This document shows, one piece after another, positions 58,574 through 64,000 of a stretch of DNA of 64,000 nucleotides. A program made the position numbers and the translations under genes. The DNA comes from Polyangiaceae bacterium (lineage in GTDB: Bacteria; Myxococcota_A; Polyangia; Polyangiales; Polyangiaceae). The stretch is from the NCBI GenBank assembly GCA_965222375.1, contig CBDCTZ010000016.1, positions 1,888,001 to 1,952,000 of the forward strand. Reading direction: 5' to 3'. Each line of letters starts with the position of its first letter. The first letter of the stretch is position 1. The notes beneath the pieces are model-generated. The model made no database searches. It had not been told where the DNA came from and was given only the letters and a program-made list of their open reading frames with translations.

Positions 58574-59124
58574 TTACACTCGAGATTGTCTTTCGCCGTC
58601 GGATCCGGCACGGCGCAGTTCAAAAACACCTTGTGGGGCTGGAACTGACTCTTCACGAAGATCTCCACAGTCTGTCCGGCCTTGAGCTGGGTGAACATGG
58701 CGGCCGTCACGGTCACCGTGTGGCTGTGGGTGGCGCTGCCTTTGATGTTGTACTGCTGCGATGCGCCCAGGGCGATGTGCGCCGCTGGCACCGTCAGAGT
58801 GTGACCATGCCGACAGGTGATCTGCGCCTCGATGTCTTTGTCGCAGCTGGCGCTGCTTCCGCCGCCACTGCCTGCGCTGCCCGAACTTCCAGCGCTACCG
58901 CTCGTGCCAGCGGTACCACCGCTGGAGCTACCCGAGCTGCCGCCGCTCGCGGAGCCTGCACTGCCGCCACTTGCAGAGCCAGCGCTGCCACCCGAACCGC
59001 CGCTCGAGCTTCCCGCGCTGCCCCCACTGCCGCCATCGTCAGAGTCGGAGCTGCAGCCGAGGACGGCTGTGGAACCGAGGGCCGCCAAGGACGCCAAGAA
59101 CTGGTTTCGGGAAAGGTGCTTCAT
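58570..59124 (-). CDS. Tat-like lipoprotein with Gly/Ser linker and His-rich putative metal-binding domain
   Basis: LSRNQFL..VLGC; CRHGHTLTV, THSHTVTV, PHKV. Confidence 0.75.
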   Translation of the reverse strand: MKHLSRNQFLASLAALGSTAVLGCSSDSDDGGSGGSAGSSSGGSGGSAGSASGGSAGSASGGSSGSSSGGTAGTSGSAGSSGSAGSGGGSSASCDKDIEAQITCRHGHTLTVPAAHIALGASQQYNIKGSATHSHTVTVTAAMFTQLKAGQTVEIFVKSQFQPHKVFLNCAVPDPTAKDNLECN

Positions 59125-59233
59125 GGTTGGGCCTCCGAGCGAGCCATGCAGAAAGGGTGAAGCCACCAATTTAGATGGAAAACGCCTGACTGGCCAAACC
59201 GTCGAGGGCCGCCGAACTCAGGATTGCAGCGGC

Positions 59234-60220
59234 TCAGGCGACCGAGCGACGGCCGAGGCGATACTCGTAGGTGGATTTCGCCAAACGTAGAGTGGAGTGC
59301 CAGCGTTCCTCGAAGCGCGACCTTGGGAACTTCTCCAACACCTCGCGCCGCGCGGCTGCGCCCATGGCTCGGGCTAGCTCTGGATCTTCCAGCAAACGAT
59401 CGATGCCCCGTCGCAGCACGCCGATGTCGTTGGACACGTAGCCGGAAAGGCCGTGAGACACAGGTAGACTCGCATGAGGGGTCGCCACGATGGGCATTCC
59501 ACTGGCCATGGCCTCCAATAGCGACAGATTGTAACCATCCTCGTCGGAGTGATGCGCAGTGTAGACGAAGTATCGGTGGTCGCGGTACTCCGCACGCAGC
59601 GCGTCGAAGCTTGGCGCCACGGAAGTGCCCATGTCGGGGTTTTCGCCGACGAGCTTGAAGTCGAATCCCTGCACCACTGCCTGATGCACATCCCAGGCGA
59701 AGCGCCTCCGTCTAAGACTGACCTGGTTGGCCACTCGCAGGCCACAGCGCAGTTTGCCAGTGTAGCCGCCGTACTCTTCGGGATCGACGGGCGGCGGAAT
59801 GACGAGTCCGGGCAAGCCCCAACTGTGGAGTTTGGCTTCCGACACGCCTACCGCCACGCCACCGGTTTGATCCAAATAGGTTCGGAGCTCTCGGGACATG
59901 TCAGATCCGCGAAAGTGCACGCCCTCTTCGCGCATGCGCGCCCGCAAGTTCACATGCGCGACGAACACTCGGGGGGCAGCAACGTCCTTCGCGCTCAGCA
60001 GGTCGGTGAGGTTATGGGCGATGACCGCGTCGTAGGGGCCAAGGGCCAGCGCGGCACCCAAGCTCACCAATCGCACATTTCTGGGGATTGGGCGGGAGCG
60101 GCGATCCCAGTGTCGGGCGCTGCGGCCCGGCAATCCGTCCACTACGACCATGTCCCAGCCCAACTTGCTTAGGCAGTGGATGTAGGGTTCGTGACAGTTG
60201 AAAGTGAGAAGTGTGGGCAC
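59234..60220 (-). CDS. GT4-type (GT-B) glycosyltransferase
   Basis: DGYNLSLLEAMASGMPIV, HGLSGY, MGAAARR. Confidence 0.85.
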   Translation of the reverse strand: MPTLLTFNCHEPYIHCLSKLGWDMVVVDGLPGRSARHWDRRSRPIPRNVRLVSLGAALALGPYDAVIAHNLTDLLSAKDVAAPRVFVAHVNLRARMREEGVHFRGSDMSRELRTYLDQTGGVAVGVSEAKLHSWGLPGLVIPPPVDPEEYGGYTGKLRCGLRVANQVSLRRRRFAWDVHQAVVQGFDFKLVGENPDMGTSVAPSFDALRAEYRDHRYFVYTAHHSDEDGYNLSLLEAMASGMPIVATPHASLPVSHGLSGYVSNDIGVLRRGIDRLLEDPELARAMGAAARREVLEKFPRSRFEERWHSTLRLAKSTYEYRLGRRSVA

Positions 60221-60244
60221 GTAGCAACCTCGGTGGCCGTAGGG

Positions 60245-60260
60245 TGCATGTTGCGTGCCT
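60245..60260 (-). promoter_or_regulatory. candidate sigma54 -24/-12 promoter
   Basis: Minus strand AGGCACGCAACATGCA (GG-N10-GC) about 25 nt upstream of the GT4 start. Confidence 0.3.
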
Positions 60261-60355
60261 GCCGCTCAGTCCCGGCTAGCTGTCCAAGAGCCGCCGAAAT
60301 TGGCGATCCGGAGGTGTCAACGGGATGACAGTGACCTGATTCTGACACCCCAGGC

Positions 60356-60802
60356 TCAGTCGGTGCCGTAGTCGCGCAGCATCTTCTTGAGCTCGATTTG
60401 GTGGCGTTCTTCCTGGCCGATCATGCCTCGCGTGAACTCCTCCAGATAGACGCTGGCGTTCTCAACCACAGAGAGCAGCTTCTTGTATCCGTTCACTCCC
60501 TCGAGTTCGTGATTCAAGCTCTCTTGGAGCAGCGCGCGGGTCGAATGCTCGTTGGTTTCATCGATGGGCGCGATCCGCATGCTGGGATGGCCCTCGAGGC
60601 CGGTAAGCAGCTCGCCGACCTGCTGCGCGTGCACCAGGGATTCCTGCGCCTGCCCATTCATGAACTGCACGATGGGAATGCGATTCGGCCCCGTGACCAT
60701 CAACGCGTAATGCGTGTAGCGTACGACGCCGGCAAGTTCGTGCTCGAGAATCGAGTTCAGTATTTCGTTTGTTGCTTTGACGTCCAGCTCGCGAAGGGGC
60801 AT
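60356..60802 (-). CDS. bacterioferritin-like (ferritin/Dps domain) protein
   Basis: LNSILEHELAGVVRY, ESLVHA, HE, QEERH in 148 aa. Confidence 0.85.
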   Translation of the reverse strand: MPLRELDVKATNEILNSILEHELAGVVRYTHYALMVTGPNRIPIVQFMNGQAQESLVHAQQVGELLTGLEGHPSMRIAPIDETNEHSTRALLQESLNHELEGVNGYKKLLSVVENASVYLEEFTRGMIGQEERHQIELKKMLRDYGTD

Positions 60803-60841
60803 GGCCCAAGTCAGGCGCTCCTCCGTGCTGAAGTCAAGGGG

Positions 60842-60896
60842 TGTTGCCCCCCCCTGCCTCGCTCCGCTCGGCTGGCCTCCGCCCTTATGCCGTGCT
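60842..60896 (+). repeat. palindromic repeat copy A (attC/REP-like)
   Basis: tgttgccccccc-ctgCCTCGCTCCGCTCGGct..CCCTTATGCCGTGCT; upstream CAAGGGG can pair with CCCTT. Confidence 0.65.
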
Positions 60897-61334
60897 CGGC
60901 GGCCGGGGTGGCTTCGCCTAGGGCGCCGGGGAGCGGATTGTATCGCAGGGAACGGCGAGCCGCCTGCGCGCGGCATGGGCGGGGCTCAGTCGCGTTGGCG
61001 TGAAAGGTGACCCCAGCTGCCCAAATGCCGGCTTCTGGGATGTAGTCGTGCTCGTAGTCGTAGCGCTGTCGAGCACGAGAGCGTGCTAGCGCCGAGTCCG
61101 TGCGTTGCATGGCGGCCACGGCGCCAGTGAACGGCTGGGACAAGCTCGCGAGGTCGCACCTCCGTTTCGCGCGCCAGTGTAGGCAGCAGTCCACCTGCTT
61201 CATGAACCCGCTCACACCCTCGGCACACGGCTTGCGGTCATACTGGAATGTGAAGGCAAGAGCGAACGACCGTGTCGCTGGGCCGGGTGGAGTCGCTGGG
61301 CGCTCCAGGACCGGGAGATCTGCGTCGAGCACGC

Positions 61335-62090
61335 CTACGGGTTTTCGCCGCGAGCGCCATCTCCGAGTGATTCGTCGTAGATCGCAACACGCCATGGCAT
61401 CCACAGCGCGGGCACTGCGCCCGTCGTTTCCAGGTTGCAGTGGTCGGCGCATCGACGTGCATCGTTCAACTGGTCGAAGAAGCCCCAGCGATTCGGTTTG
61501 AGCTCGAACACGTCAGCGAATTCGGTCTCGAGGCCGTTGCAGATATAGGAATGGAAGCCGCCGAAGTCCCAACCCAAGACATCGTAGCCGAGAACTTGGC
61601 CTTCAGCAGACGGTGCTCTTCCCGCACGAACTGCTGTTACCACACCCGGTTCGCCCTGACCTGCCTCGACGCGGGTCTCAGCAAGAAAGGTCGAGACAAG
61701 ATCATACGGGAGGGCAATACCGATCACCGCGAGGCTGGTCGCCCGCGAGAGGAACTCGCGCTTGACGCGCAGCGCAACGTCTAGGCTCAGGAAGACGTCC
61801 GGCCACCCGAGCTCGCCACCCGCGAGAGCCGACGTACACCAAGCCGTGAAGGACTCAAGCTCGCTGCCCTTCAGCCCGAATTTTGCCGCCGCTTCCTGCC
61901 TTGCCGCTTGAGTATCCTGAGTCCACTCGATCGACCAGGTGTTCGGCACTAGATCGACAATGCAGTCGGTCGCGGTGAAGAGCGTCTCGGGCAGCAGGCC
62001 TGCATTCATGTGAACAGAGCGCTTAGCTGGCCTCGCAAGGAAGTAGCCACCACTGATGTGGTGGCCGGTGCCTCTCCCAAATTCGCTCAT
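61335..62090 (-). CDS. hypothetical protein
   Basis: 251-aa ORF with globular composition (GGYFL, LGYDVLG..FHSYICNGL, PNRWGF, WMPW). Confidence 0.7.
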   Translation of the reverse strand: MSEFGRGTGHHISGGYFLARPAKRSVHMNAGLLPETLFTATDCIVDLVPNTWSIEWTQDTQAARQEAAAKFGLKGSELESFTAWCTSALAGGELGWPDVFLSLDVALRVKREFLSRATSLAVIGIALPYDLVSTFLAETRVEAGQGEPGVVTAVRAGRAPSAEGQVLGYDVLGWDFGGFHSYICNGLETEFADVFELKPNRWGFFDQLNDARRCADHCNLETTGAVPALWMPWRVAIYDESLGDGARGENP

Positions 62091-62486
62091 AGTCGTCCTC
62101 GCGCCGTCACACGCAGGACGATTGCGTTGCCTACGACGCGAGTGCCCTCCAAGAGCAACACCCCCACCAGCGCCAACTTCCATCCTCGTGCTCGATCGGC
62201 TGGTGCACCGTGGACGATGGTTGGCTCGGTGTCTGTCGACGCTGTGTCCGTCGCGGGGGCCGGCGCGTCAGTTTGCGGGGGCCGCGCGTCAGACTGCGTG
62301 GTCAGCTCGTCAGAATCCGTGGCTGCGGGCTTCGAGTGCGCCAGCGTGCGCAGGCTCTTCTGCGTGGTCGCGCGCCGTGGATCCGCTTCGGGATCGACCT
62401 TGATCGTCTTCGTCTCGATCGTCTTGTGATTTGCTGCCCCCGCCCCGCCTCGCTGCGCTCGGCTTGCCCCCCCCTTATGCCGTGCT
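62087..62486 (-). pseudogene. start-less ORF fragment running up to the intron junction
   Basis: Open frame ..HKTIETKTIKVDPEADPRR..WKLALVGVLLLEG..RL* with ATGA overlap to the next gene; no upstream start before the intron. Confidence 0.4.
62432..62486 (+). repeat. palindromic repeat copy B, forming the 5' flank of the intron
   Basis: tgctgcccccgccccgCCTCGCTGCGCTCGGcttg..CCCTTATGCCGTGCT, close match to copy A, followed directly by GTGCG. Confidence 0.65.
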
Positions 62487-64000
62487 GTGCGTCAAGAAAG
62501 CTTCGATCAGGAGGAAGTCATGTAAGAGCCAGACATAACTGAAACTTGATGTAGTGACCCAGCGGGTTGGAGTCCCGCTCAGCCAAGGGTGCGCCGCCAG
62601 CTGAAAGCGAGTCTTGCGTGGCAGTCACAACCGAAAGGGAGGACTGCTGCGAAGCGTAGACAGCGAGCGTGCAGGCCGTGCAATTGGGCCGCGAAAGGTT
62701 GGTAGTCGTGGGAGCCGACGGCTCAGCACAGGCCGGAAGGCAATACCAGCGGAGCAAGAGTCAGGGGCAACGCCCCGACGGCGTGTCTCCGCGGTCCCAC
62801 CGAGGTCGTAGAACACGGCATGTGCGCGAAGGGGTCACCGAGGAACTTGAGAGGTCCTGTCCGCTCCGGGAAACCGGAACTGCCAAGCAAGCGCAAGTGA
62901 GCGAGGTGGGGCGGGCGGGAAGTCCGAGCGCCAAATAGTAGTCGAAGCCGGGGAAGCCTCCCAAGCGACCCGGTGGAGCGAAGGATGGCGCCGGGTCACG
63001 GAACCGAAAGAGGGAAAGATGAGTGAGACATCGAGCTCAACAAGCATCTCAACGAAAGTCGAAAGGATAGCAACGCTGGCGCAGCAAGCGCCCGACATGG
63101 CGTTCACGACGCTGGCCCATCACATCGACCTGGAGTGGCTGCGCGAAGCGCACCGCAGGACTCGCAAGGATGGTGCTGTGGGCGTGGACGGGCAGAGCGC
63201 GCAAGAGTACGCGGCCAACCTGGAGGAACATCTCCAGTCGCTGCTCGACCGCGCGAAGTCCGGCACATACCGAGCCCCACCCGTGCGGCGTGTGCACATC
63301 CCCAAGGGGGGAGGGAAGGAAACGCGCCCGCTTGGGATCCCAACCTTCGAGGACAAGGTGTTGCAACGAGCAGTCGCGATGGTGCTCGAAGCAGTCTATG
63401 AGCAGGACTTCTTGAACTGCTCCTATGGCTTCCGGCCAGGGCGCTCTGCGCACCAGGCTCTGGAAACGCTTCGGACACCGATGGTCAAGATGGCTGGCGG
63501 TTGGGTTCTGGAGATCGATATACGAAAGTTTTTCGATACCTTGGACCACGGACGACTACGGGAAGTGCTGCGCTGCAGGGTGCGCGATGGCGTGATCCTG
63601 CGCTTGATCGGCAAGTGGCTGAATGCAGGAGTGCTGGAGTCCGGGCGGCTGAGCTACCCGGATGCCGGCACGCCACAGGGCGGGGTGATCTCGCCGTTGC
63701 TGGCAAACATCTACCTGCATGAGGTGCTTGACGTCTGGTTCGAGCGACAAGTGCGTCCCCGCCTTCGGGCTCGGGCGCACCTCGTTCGCTACGCGGACGA
63801 TGCCGTCATGCTGTTCGAGTTCGAGGAAGACGCCAGGCGTGTGTTCGAGGTCTTGCCGAAGCGATTCGCCAAGTTCGGGCTCACGCTGCACGCCGAAAAG
63901 ACAAAGCTCGTGCCGTTCAAACGGCCGGACCGGATCCGACGGCGTCGCGGCGGCGAGGGTGAGGGGCCATCGGGGCCTAGCTCCTTCAACTTCCTCGGCT
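62487..64000 (+). mobile_element. group II intron (5' part; truncated by the window end)
   Basis: GTGCG 5' consensus (GUGYG) where similarity to repeat A stops; about 530 nt of purine-rich non-coding leader, then an RT ORF. Confidence 0.85.
63019..64000 (+). CDS. ltrA: group II intron reverse transcriptase/maturase (partial; not in the ORF track)
   Basis: Own translation: [81 protein letters not shown] (63790)..FNFLG. Confidence 0.95.
   Translation, partial: MSETSSSTSISTKVERIATLAQQAPDMAFTTLAHHIDLEWLREAHRRTRKDGAVGVDGQSAQEYAANLEEHLQSLLDRAKSGTYRAPPVRRVHIPKGGGKETRPLGIPTFEDKVLQRAVAMVLEAVYEQDFLNCSYGFRPGRSAHQALETLRTPMVKMAGGWVLEIDIRKFFDTLDHGRLREVLRCRVRDGVILRLIGKWLNAGVLESGRLSYPDAGTPQGGVISPLLANIYLHEVLDVWFERQVRPRLRARAHLVRYADDAVMLFEFEEDARRVFEVLPKRFAKFGLTLHAEKTKLVPFKRPDRIRRRRGGEGEGPSGPSSFNFLG

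Noticed and set aside
60900..61335. A gene between repeat A and the 61335 ORF
   Set aside because: Several overlapping frames, none with a convincing start or motif; may be a decayed gene but cannot be supported.
63019..64000. RT as a retron, DGR, Abi or CRISPR-associated RT
   Set aside because: It has group II RT0 (GAxGVDG), RPLGIP, GTPQGG and YADD motifs plus an upstream GTGCG boundary; no template repeat, cas gene or effector is visible.

Overview
GC-rich, gene-dense bacterial DNA. The gene content points to a myxobacterium, probably Polyangiales/Sorangiineae-like (inference): MYXO-CTERM-type C-termini, a Ser/Thr kinase-TPR/PEGA-lipoprotein triad, a DUF1592/DUF1552 pair and many Gly-rich lipoproteins. 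About 57 protein-coding genes were called; no rRNA, tRNA or CRISPR array was seen. Main points: (1) a 98-aa lipoprotein-type peptide with two synonymously diverged copies of NQ(F/L)DVVANLVAPDTGT sits 9 nt upstream of a ferritin-like di-iron enzyme, a candidate RiPP-like precursor/maturase pair (52193-53305); (2) a minus-strand run of B12 radical SAM, NAD epimerase, radical SAM, flippase-like protein, GT-C-like membrane protein, type IV pilin and pentapeptide-pseudokinase (40612-51307); (3) a MYXO-CTERM Cys/Asp-repeat surface protein next to a beta-barrel/TSP3/OmpA protein, similar in layout to TraA/TraB (32007-37655); (4) a group II intron whose RT ORF runs off the window and is missing from the ORF track, starting exactly at the 3' end of one of two copies of a palindromic repeat with attC-like features (60842-64000). 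Two apparent homopolymer frameshifts near 26.5 and 27.0 kb may be assembly errors. All family calls come from motif recognition by eye; no database search was run, and some start codons were moved from the ORF track.
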